In this document: positions 24,601-35,181 of the stretch, one piece after another
Position numbering within the stretch: position 1 is the stretch's first letter
How the letters are laid out: every line of letters starts with the position of its first letter
Assembly: GCA_016748015.1 (NCBI GenBank)
Contig: JAAOMT010000639.1
Location: 1 to 64,000, forward strand
Direction: 5' to 3'
Source: Geosiphon pyriformis uo1
Lineage: Eukaryota; Fungi; Glomeromycota
Length of the DNA: 64,000 nt
Made by a program: the position numbers and the translations under genes
The notes under the pieces: generated by a model
Databases searched by the model: none
What the model was told of the DNA's origin: nothing
The model's input: the letters and a program-made list of their open reading frames with translations, nothing else

Positions 24601-26400
24601 CAAGCAACTAAAAACCTTTATACTGCTAGTGCTATTACTCAATATGTTTTGAATTTCCAAAGCCTTAACTCTATTAGCAATTAACCAAGCACTAAGTAAT
24701 AAGTCAGTCCTAGAGAAATCACCAGATTGAAGAAACTTAACCATTTTGGCAATCAGCAGTTCCAGTTTAAAAAACTTAGAAAATTGTTTGTTAAAAGAAC
24801 AGTTGATATCACAAAATTAAAGTCTAGAAAAAATATCATCAGCCAAATTCACTATCACTTTCTCCAGCAAATTCCACATAGTATTAAGATCTCTACCAGC
24901 ATTCATAAATGAGAACTTACTGATTACAGAAAAAAACTTGACAAAAATACACTCTTTAAAACAAGCCTATTTGGGAACATTTGCACCAGCAATTTTAAAC
25001 TTCCAATAATCACTGTTAGCTTATTTGTGCAAATCATTCAAATGAAAATCCAAAAGTTCACCCAGATCAACTGACATTATGACCACTTTGTGATCAGTAT
25101 TAAAAAAATCAGAAGCAGAAGCAACCTTATAATTAGCAATCACTAATAATAAACACTTACTGACAAAAATGTAGTCAATAACTTTTTTGACCTTTCTTGA
25201 ATTGCTCCATATAGAAGCCTTGGCCAAATGATAATTTCCAAATGAATTAACCAAATCCAGATCCAAACAAAATTGAAAGTTTGCATTTTTTTTAGATTTA
25301 TTTTTATTAAAATTCTCATTTAAGACCACAAAAGTACTAATATTAACTACTTTTGCTATAAAGAAGTTAACCTCAACCACCTGACCAAACCTAGTTTCAG
25401 TAGAGACACTGTTACGGGATGGTTTTCTTGTTATATTTAATTGCTGATATCCCGCTTTAATTGCAATCAGTCTTTCGTGAGTTCCTTAATTCTATTTGTG
25501 TGATAATGTCACTGTTACACTGAAGGCTTTCTTTTTACTGTTGTGATGTAAGTTATTCTTTAATTCTTGATTGTTGTGTGTGTTTATGTACTCCTTCTCA
25601 GAGGCTGAACTGAAATCTACTCACTGTCTGGGGTCTTCTCTGAGGCTATCCTTGCAATTGCCTGATGTGTTTCTCTAATCTAGAAACACAGAATGTTAAT
25701 GGTCTTTANNNNNNNNNNNNNNNNNNNNNNNNNNNNNNNNNNNNNNNNNNNNNNNNNNNNNNNNNNNNNNNNNNNNNNNNNNNNNNNNNNNNNNNNNNNN
25801 NNNNNNNNNNNNNNNNNNNNNNNNNNNNNNNNNNNNNNNNNNNNNNNNNNNNNNNNNNNNNNNNNNNNNNNNNNNNNNNNNNNNNNNNNNNNNNNNNNNN
25901 NNNNNNNNNNNNNNNNNNNNNNNNNNNNNNNNNNNNNNNNNNNNNNNNNNNNNNNNNNNNNGGTTGTGATAGTTCCGTTTTAAATATTCTTTTTCATTTC
26001 TTTTTGATTTTTAAAGATTTCTTGGGATATTTAATTTGAAAGTATGATTTAAAGTGGAGTTTGTTGGATAAAATTAGATCTGTTGCTTGATAAGTTATGA
26101 TTTTTATTACTTGATTTTTTTTTATTTCCCAATATTAAAACTACTGTATATATACATGTTTGTAGTTCTATGAGAAAATACTTTCTTTTTGATATTTCAA
26201 CCTGGTGTTTGCTGCTATCACCAGTTGGTGTTGGCTGCTATTATGAACTGGTGCTTGCCACTATCGCGAGATGGTGTTTGCTACTATGTTAATCATTACC
26301 TTTCTAAGATTATTACTGTGCTATATTATGATTGAATAGTTTGTATTATTTTTATGATTCTTTTTTCTAAATTCTTAAACCGTAACATTATCCCCTCTTT

Positions 26401-26894
26401 TCAAGATTGAGCTCCGTCGAAATCGAAGTTAATTTCTTCATTAAATTCTAAGTTACTATAGTGGTTTAATACTGTGTTATTAATTTGTTGTTGTAATTCT
26501 TGAAATTGCGAGTTGGTAAGTCGTCCAATACTGTTGGTTGTTATTATGTTCATGGTTGGGTCCAATAATAATTTGTAACAGTTTTCAAATGCTTTGAAAA
26601 TTCTGTAAACTGTTTTTGAATGGAATGTAGTGTTGGTTTTTCCAATGAAAGGTTCTAATAGTTGGATAGTTGTTTTGTCAAACACTCTAGTTAAGTCTTT
26701 TGAGTATAATGTTTGTATGTTCAAGTGCTTTCCTAGTTGATAATAACAGTAATTAATTGGGAATTTCGTTTTCAAGTTGCTAAATGTGTCTGGTGTTAAT
26801 TCACTTATTTCTATTTCTTCCATTATTAATGTATTGCCCAATGCTATCTCTAATTTTTCAATAACTTTGCTAATAAATTTGTTGTTATATTTGG
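26401..26894 (-). CDS. Gypsy-1 ORF3, unknown function (5' part in N gap)
   Basis: ~160 open codons ending DFDGAQS* directly at the PPT; homologous segment in Gypsy-3 (53859-54484). Confidence 0.7.
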
Positions 26895-27160
26895 NNNNNN
26901 NNNNNNNNNNNNNNNNNNNNNNNNNNNNNNNNNNNNNNNNNNNNNNNNNNNNNNNNNNNNNNNNNNNNNNNNNNNNNNNNNNNNNNNNNNNNNNNNNNNN
27001 NNNNNNNNNNNNNNNNNNNNNNNNNNNNNNNNNNNNNNNNNNNNNNNNNNNNNNNNNNNNNNNNNNNNNNNNNNNNNNNNNNNNNNNNNNNNNNNNNNNN
27101 NNNNNNNNNNNNNNNNNNNNNNNNNNNNNNNNNNNNNNNNNNNNNNNNNNNNNNNNNNNT

Positions 27161-28339
27161 TCCAAGTATTTCGTGAATATAAAATGGTCCATCCCACTTG
27201 TGATCAAATTTTCCACTCCACTGTTTTTCCATTTTTGTACGATGCAACAATACTTTATCTCCAATTTTGTAGCTAATTATATTATCTGGTAACTGGTTAT
27301 TATGTCTCACTTTTTGTTGTTCTTGTGATTGTTCAATATTTTGTGCTGCTTTTCTTCTTTTGTTTTCTAAAGTTCCCATTAATTTGTATGTTCTTCTAAG
27401 TAGTGTTTCCTGGAATGTTGCTTCCGTGATAGTGTCACTTGGATAAGTTGGGATAGTAAGTTCAATGGGTAATGTGGCTTTTCTTCCATAAACTAGTTCA
27501 AATGGTGTAAATTGTGTAGTATCTTGTTTTACTGTTCTATATGCTAATAGTACTGCTGGTATGAACAAATCCCATTCTTTTTCATGTTCGTTACTAATTT
27601 TCGCCAGTGATTCACATAATGTGCAATTAAATCTTTCAACTAATCCATTTGTTTGAGGGTGGTATGGTGATGACAGTGGTCGCTTGATTCCAAATTTTTG
27701 GCTAAGTTCTTTTAAGGTGCTGTTTACAAAGTGTGTGCCTTGATCTGATAGCAATTCTTGTGGACATCCATGTCGGCAAATTAAGTCTTCATGTATGAAT
27801 TGAGCTACGGAAATAGCATCAGCTGTTTTAATAGCTCTAGCTTCTGGCCATTTGATGAGATAGTTCATGGCTACTGCAATATAACGGTTGTTTCTTGTTG
27901 TTATTGGTAAGGGTCCAACTAAATCAATTCCGATTCTGTCAAATGGCTGTCCAACTTTTATTGGTCTTAATAATTCCATTGTTTTTGCTCCTCCTCTTCG
28001 TTGGCATGGGTCACAATTTTTTATGTATTGGATTATGTCTGAACTCATTTTTGGCCAATAGTAATGGCTAGTTGCATGTTGGATGGTTGCTGTTTTTCCA
28101 AAGTGGCCTGAATGAATATCTGAGTGCATGTTAAATAAGATAGTTTCTTTTTCATTCGTGGTTATAACTCTTAATGGATTATCTGGATTTTGTCGATTCC
28201 GGTAATAAAGTATGTGATTTTGGATGAAATAGTGTTTTGCTAATTTTTGGAGCTTAATTAGCTCTTTTACTGGCATTTCTTCGTCTATTTGTAGTGTTTC
28301 CAAGTATTGGCTGAGGTTTTTGTAAAGGTGGTTGTTCAT
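27161..28339 (-). CDS. Gypsy-1 integrase, separate ORF (3' end lost in N gap)
   Basis: Own ATG at 28339; HSDIHSGH..CDPCQ, IGIDLVGP, SDQGTHF, NGLVER, WDGPFYI; no stop before the gap. Confidence 0.9.
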
Positions 28340-28368
28340 TGTTGTTGTGGCAGGTGGGTTGGTGATTT

Positions 28369-31300
28369 TTATGTGTGTTTCATTCTTGACAAACAGTCGG
28401 CATTAGCATTTTTGGTACCTTCTTTGTATTTGATAATATAATCATATGGTGCTAACGTTTGTGACCATCTGGCGTATTTTTCTTTTAGTGCTTTCTTGTT
28501 ATTTAACCAGACCAGACCTCTATGATCTGTCGTAATCTCAAAGAGTTGGTACCGTAAATATGTGTCAAAGTGAACACAACTCCAGACTACTGCTAAGTAT
28601 TCAAGTTCATGTGTTGCATAGTTTTGTTCCTGTCTCTTATACACATCTCATTTGTATCATCCAAGTAGACAACAACGGATTGCCACAGGATTCCAGAGTA
28701 AATTATGTCCATTAGTCTTTGGAATGTCGCGGGAGTGTTTGTTAATCCAAATGGCATTACATTGAACTCATAATTGCCATTTTGTGTTGTGAATGCTGTT
28801 TTATGCCTGTCCTTTGGGTCCATTTCCACTTGCCAGTACCTACTGGTCAAGTCCAGTGTAGAAAACCATTTTGCTCCTCCAAAAACNNNNNNNNNNNNNN
28901 NNNNNNCTAAGGTACTCAAAAGCTTTTTGTTGTGCTTCAGTCCATTCAAACTTCACATTTTTAGATAGTAGGTAATTAAGGGGTTTGGCGATGTTTGAAA
29001 AGGTTTCTACAAAGTGGCGGTAGTAAGATGCAAGTCCTAAAAAGCTTCTAACTTCTGAAATGTTTCGAGGTACTGGAAAATTTTTCACTTTGTCTATTTT
29101 TGATGGATCTGGTTTTATTCCATCTTTTCCAACTATGTGTCCTAAAAATGCTAGCTCATTTTTCCCAAAGAAACATTTTTCTAGATTTAGTTTAAGTCCA
29201 GCGTGTCTCAATCTCTCAAAAACTTGTTGTAAATGTTGAAGATGATCTGTGAATTTTGACGAGAAAACATTTGTATCATTCAAGTAGACAACAACGGATT
29301 GCCACAGGATTCCAGAGTAAATTATGTCCATTAGTCTTTGGAATGTCGCGGGAGTGTTTGTTAATCCAAATGGCATTACATTGAACTCATAATTGCCATT
29401 TTGTGTTGTGAATGCTGTTTTATGCCTGTCCTTTGGGTCCATTTCCACTTGCCAGTACCCACTGGTCAAGTCCAGTGTAGAAAACCATTTTGCTCCTCCA
29501 AAAACGNNNNNNNNNNNNNNNNNNNNGCTTTTAATTGTCGCTGTTGGTCAGGATCCATTGTTCCAATGTTTAATTTGGCCAATTCTTCTGGTGTAAATTG
29601 ATAGCATTCTACTGGTTGTTGCCAATTTATTGAAGTGAGTTCACAGTAGAGGGCAATTTCTGAGAAATTTAGAATTTCTTGTGGTGTTGACGTGTTTTTT
29701 AGCTCCGTTCCGAGGTATCCAATGATGGTATCTTCCGGAATGTAGACGGGTTCTTCTGTGGTGTTTGCGATAGGAATTTTTATCCATTGAGCTTTATCAG
29801 CTGGAATAAAAAGGTTAGTAAGTCCTATGAGAAACTGTTGGCAAGTTTCTGGGTAGGGCTCAAATATTAGGTCTTTTTCTTTAATTGTCCTTTTTATTCT
29901 TATTTCTGATTTTCCATATGGTAGGAGCGTGATGGACCACTTATTTTTAATTACTTCGCCTTTTTCCTCTATTGTTTTAGCGAAATTCGCTTCAATTCCT
30001 TTTTCTGTCAATCCGAAACCAAAAGTTCCTCTTGTTGTTTGTGACAATTCCTCACGATTTTTCACTGGCATGAATTTCCCAATTTTTACCAATGGTAGGA
30101 AAATTGCTTGTGCAATCTTTTCCTTAGATTCAATGGTATAAGGCTTTTCTGAATTGTTCTGTAGCAAAACCATCAAATTTCCAGTGTATCCAGAGTGAAT
30201 TACTCCTCCTTGAATGCTTATTCCTTTTTTCGTGAGGCTTGATCACGACGCCATTTGAACCATTATTCCTGGCAGAATTTCAACCGCTATTTTTAGGTCG
30301 ATTTTGGTGATGTTCCTGGGTGGTAACGTTGTGGATTGGTCTTCTGGATAACGTAGATCAAATCCGGCGTCGGTTGGATGGGCTCTTTCGGGTATTATTC
30401 CTAAGTGCCCGTTGTCGAAGTATTGGATGTCGGTCACCTGTTCTATGTCAGTATAGGCTACAAATTTTTCTGACTCGGGACCGTCAGGTGAGTCTTGTTG
30501 ATTTATTGATTGATTTTGAGACTGCTGATTCTCAATTTCCATTTTTCTTTCTAAGTCCCTTTCGTCTTGACACTCTTCACAGCACTGATTTTGGCACGGG
30601 ATGAGACAGTTTTCGCAGAGGTAAGTGTTGATTTGGGCAAGGTATTGTTCTTGCTCTTGTCAAGTGGGGCATAGTTGTTGGTAGTAGTCCTGGAATTCGT
30701 CCACTGGGTTGAACATGTTGTAGCTGGTGACTTTGTCAGCTACTTCGGCTGACTCTTTCCAACGTCGTATTTCTTCGGCGGTTCCTCCTCTTACTTTGGC
30801 TTGTGTGGTGTTGTACAACTCGTCCTTGTCATGTGGGTAGTGCTGTAGTCTTTTTAACGCTCTGTTGAACGCTGCTTTAAACGGCGTTCCTCCTCTTACC
30901 CAGTCACAGATAAGGATCGTGTATTGGCAAGTTGCGTCACACGTTCCTCCTCTGCCTGGTAAGTCGTTCCAGTCGCACCCTCTTGGTAACGGTTCTCCAC
31001 AAGCGAAGCACGGTTCCTCGTCCCATTTTCCGTGTCTTTCTGGGTAACCGTATTTTTCTTTGTTACAACGGTTACAATAGTAGTGGGTGGAGTTTCTTGG
31101 GTCTTCGTCCAGTGCGCTGCATGCAGTCATAGACGAGAGTTTTTTCTTGTAAACCGAGCATTCTAGCTTTGGTCTGTGTCGCTGGTGGTTTCTTCGTGAA
31201 CTTACCTGGTTCCATTCGGATCTTTCTTCGCTGGTCCACGTTGATATGGCTGGTAGTCCTGTTCTTTGGTCATCAGCCCAAGAGAGCTGATAGGTTTCGA

Positions 31301-33878
31301 TGGCTGGTAGTGCTGGATTTTCTTCAAATTCAAAGGTAGGTCTTTGGTTGGTGCTGGGTTTTTGGAAGTGGCCACAGGTGGCTGGAATTTTGGCCTGGTG
31401 GCCATTATAATTGATCAGAAGCTCTTGGGTGGTCCAGTCTAGGGTGGCGTTGGCTTTTGTTAGCCAGTCATTCCCTACTAACGCTTGATATTGTGTAGCG
31501 TCCATTACTAATACTTTTGTAGATATTACTATGCCGTTAATTTCAAAAGGGAATGAGTCGATTTCACCATAAGGCAGCTTTGTACTTCCATTGGCTGTTA
31601 TGATTTGGGACATCGCGGCACGATCAACTTTGAAACCCAGTTGGTTTACTAGTTGAAGCGTTACGATGCTTTCAGCAGATCCGCTGTCTAAGATAAGTTT
31701 GATTGGGGTATTGTTTACAGTGGCTTCCATATACATAGCAGTGATTGGGCGTTTTTCGTCCAATGCTGCTCCACTGAACATAGCCTCGTTTTCCTCTAAT
31801 TCAAAAGGAAAAATAGCTGCGAGGCTGCTATCTTTGGTGGCAACTGCTGGTGGTATTGTCTGGCTCAATTTGAAGGAATTCTTGGTTCTGTTTATGTTTC
31901 TACCATCATTGTTTCCGATGATCAGGTTTTCTGGTATATTAAGGTAAGTTTGTTGATAATTTTGGTAGTTTAGATTGGTTTGCTGATTGGTTCCGGCGCA
32001 GTTTGGATTCCTCTGGACCAACGCGTTCTGGTTCCACATGGGCTAATTTCGGGCCTCGGGACGCCAATTCGGGTTGGCTATCATGGGCTGTTGCTGGTAA
32101 GCTCCTTGATTTTAATACATGGTGGGATATTGGCATGGTATTGGCGTGTACTGGTTTCTGGGCATTTGGGGTGGCGCGTAGTAATTATTTTCGCGTGCTT
32201 CCTGCATCATTCGCGTTCGACATTGACTAATCAAATGTCCTATGCGTTTGCAAAAATGGCAGGCGCGTGTTTCTGTTCTGAATTCCTGGCGCGACGAGCG
32301 ATTATTTCGACTGTCGCTGACTTCCTGGCTGCGTCTTTGGGGTGGTTGGTATGTATTTTTTCTCAGATCCGGGATGAGGTAACTTTCTATTTTCTTAGAG
32401 AGTTCCTCTCCTAATCGCGTTACTCTTTTCTCTAATGTTTCTGTCTTATTTTCCTCCATTACCATGTTAACCATTTGACTATGATTAGCTTCTTTCTCAG
32501 CCGATTCAAGGGCTCTGGCGAGCATAATGGCTTCTGGTAAGGAATTAGGGTGGGCAGGGCGTACTCTTCCTAAAATGCTGCTTTTTAATCCTCTAATAAA
32601 CTGATTTAAAACCTGAGGATCAGTATAGTATCCTTGTTCAATCACTTCAATCTGACGGTAAATTCGATTAAATCGAGCAAGGTATTGGGTGACAGTTTCA
32701 CCGGTATTTTGCTTGATAGTATTGAATTCGTTCTGTAGTTGGATTACGGCATTTGGGTCGCTAAAATACTCCAGGAGTGCATTTTTAAATTCGGCAAAGC
32801 TCGTGGGTTTTGTTTTCAGGCTTTGATACCATGAGTCGGCTGTGCCTTTCAGGAAGAAAGGTAATGTTTGAATTGCTCTTTGGTCGTTCCAGTTATTTGC
32901 CTGGATGGCTTTTTGTGCTTCTCTGAGCCATGTGTGCACGTCCATTTCTTCTTCCTCTCCTGAGAAATCTGTTAGTCTTGTAATGTATGGTGTGGTCATT
33001 TTGTTGCCGTTTTCTGCTGGTGGGTTTATTGGTCTAAGAGGAGGTGGGATGATATTTTCTTGAGTGTTCCTAAAAGTGGCTTCCCTTATATCTGGTTCTT
33101 CCTCTTGCTCACGAGTTTCTTGGTTTCTGGACTGGCTGCTTGTTCTAGTGACTGGTCTTGTGATTGTTTTTTCGCTGGTCTCTTTTTCGGATTCTGATTT
33201 AGACTCCTCTTTACGGTTTTCAAACCCCGTTCTAAATTTTGGCTGAAAAAGAGGGTTTTGGAATAGTGATGAATATTCTCCTGTAATTGGTATGTCTCCC
33301 CAGTTACGTTGTTTAATTTTATCAATATAACTAGGAGTTCTTGGTATTTGTGGAGTTGATGTTGATGATAATGCAGCTCCTAAAGGAATTTGTATCTTAT
33401 TTTCTGATGAAAAATGGTATGATTTATCTTCTGGTGAATAAATACGTTGTTTCTTTATTGATTGAGTGACAGTTTTTTTTGGCGTTTGAGCTGGTGTTTC
33501 TAGTTTTTGCTGGTTACTTTCCTGATTAGTTTTTAAATTTTCTTTGGTTTTGTTGGCGCGTTCCCTAGTGTTTCCTGTGGATATTGGAAAATTTTCATTG
33601 GCATATTGCTCAATTTCTCGATAGATTTTGACAATAGTTGCGGCTATTACTGCTACTTTTTTTGTAGTGTATTGTGATAATTCTCTATACAATCCAAGTT
33701 TTGCATCATGTGGTTCTTCTTCCTTTCCTATATGATAATTTATTCTGGCATTGATATAATAAGTGAGGGCAGATTCTGCTGGACAACACCCTTCTGGTAA
33801 TCTAAGATCACTCTGATTTTGTGTGTAAATAGCATGGCAGAATTCAAGAACAGTAAGATTAGGGGTTTTTGTCGCCAC
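28369..33878 (-). pseudogene. Gypsy-1 gag-pol: Gag (capsid, CCHC), aspartic protease, Cys-rich domain, dUTPase, RT, RNase H
   Basis: ORFs 33878, 32039, 30542 and 30176 are all one frame, separated by single in-frame stops; CHFCKRIGHLISQC, LILDSGS, DAGFDL/GVIHSGYTG/RGTFGFG, VMPFGL..YLDD, ELEYLAVVW..TDHRGL..NADCLSR. RT/RH part has gaps and an artefact. Confidence 0.92.
28630..28648 (+). other. Nextera/Tn5 mosaic-end adapter: assembly artefact
   Basis: Exact CTGTCTCTTATACACATCT at a chimeric RT/RNase H junction beside short N gaps. Confidence 0.97.
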
Positions 33879-33940
33879 TTTTGTCTTTTCCTTTTTAGCA
33901 ATGAATTATTGCTAATTATTATTTCCTTTTTGATTTTCTT

Positions 33941-33960
33941 TCCTCGTAGGGTTCACCAAA
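33941..33960 (-). promoter_or_regulatory. Primer-binding site of Gypsy-1 (TGGTGAACCCTACGAGG)
   Basis: Starts 2 nt after the LTR CA; TGG complements tRNA CCA; tRNA identity not determined. Confidence 0.8.
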
Positions 33961-35181
33961 TGTTACGGGATGGTTTACTTGTTTATTTAATTGCTGATAT
34001 CCTGCTTTAATTGCAATCAGTCTTTCGTGAGTTCCTCAATTCTATTTGTGTGATAATGTCACTGTTACACTGAAGGCTTTCTTTTTACTGTTGTGATGTA
34101 AGTTATTCTTTAATTCTTGATTGTTGTGTGTGTTTATGTACTCCTTCTCAGGGGCTGAACTGAAATCTACCCACTGTCTGGGGTCTTCTCTGAGGCTATC
34201 CTTGCAATTGCCTGATGTGTTTCTCTAATCTAGAAACACAAAATGTTAATGGTCTTTAGCACTTTTCTAATTCTCACAATAAAGCTTTTATCAATTAGTA
34301 ACAACGTGAATAATCTTGATCAAGGATTATTCTTCCAAGGGATTCAGTTGATGAATGATAGTTTCATTCAATAAATAATACAAGTAAGTTTCTTAATATT
34401 TTGGGTTGTGATAGTTCCATTTTAAATATTCTTTTTCATTTTTTTTTGATTTTTAAAGGTTTCTTGGGATATTTAATTTGAAAGTATGATTTAAAGTGGG
34501 GTTTGTTGGATAAAATTGGATCTGTTGCTTGATAAGTTATGATTTTTATTACTTGATTTTTTTTTATTTCCCAATATTAAAACTACTGTATATATACATG
34601 TTTGTAGTTCTACGAGAAAATACTTTCTTTTTGATATTTCAACCTGGTGTTTGCTGCTATCACCAGTTGGTGTTGGCTGCTATTGTGAACTGGTGCTTGC
34701 CACTATCGCGAGATGGTGTTTGCTACTATGTTAATCATTACCTTTCTAAGATTATTACTGTGCTATATTATGATTGAATAGTTTGTATTATTTTTATGAT
34801 TCTTTTTGCTAAATTCTTAAACCGTAACAACACCAGCATACAAGCCTAAAACTGTAACTAAAAGCTTGCTTTTGAAAAGAAGCTGAACTAAAATAACACA
34901 ACCAGGCATCTTTTTAATCTTGGAGACATGTTGAACCAAGAAATTGTTCATAATAATTATCACATCAGCACCAAAAAAACCCTTATTCAAACCAGATGTA
35001 AAAATTCATACACCATTAAATTTGTTTATAATTTAAGATCTAATATTAGACTTCAATTTTATTTCAATGATTATTAAAATTATATTACTAGAGTTTATAT
35101 GTCAATACACAACATCTTCTTGCTTAGCTGGCATATTGATACTATAAACATTACACATAATAATCTTTTAGATCAAATTAC

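Larger units (their letters stand above)
25410..34829 (-). mobile_element. Gypsy-1: Ty3/Gypsy LTR retrotransposon, best-preserved copy (5' LTR 33961-34829, 3' LTR 25410-26387 with N gap)
   Basis: TGTTACGG...CCGTAACA on both LTRs, nearly identical; TSD ACAC/ACAC; PBS; PPT AAAAGAGGGGATAA; domain order PR-RT-RH-INT. Confidence 0.97.

Noticed and set aside
26401-26894. env gene
   Set aside because: No transmembrane segment or furin/fusion motif in the visible part or in the Gypsy-3 homolog.
25665-27292. ORFs spanning N runs (25665, 25693, 26777, 26850; apparent INT-ORF3 continuity)
   Set aside because: Open only because N codons hide stops.
28630-28648. Genuine Tn5/IS50 insertion
   Set aside because: It is the synthetic mosaic end, single, with no transposase or 9-bp duplication.
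28593-29469. Element with two RT domains
   Set aside because: The duplicate is bounded by an adapter and N gaps; artefact.
31939-32136. Programmed gag-pol frameshift via ORF 31939..32136
   Set aside because: gag and pol are already in the same frame; the stops are simple C->T changes.
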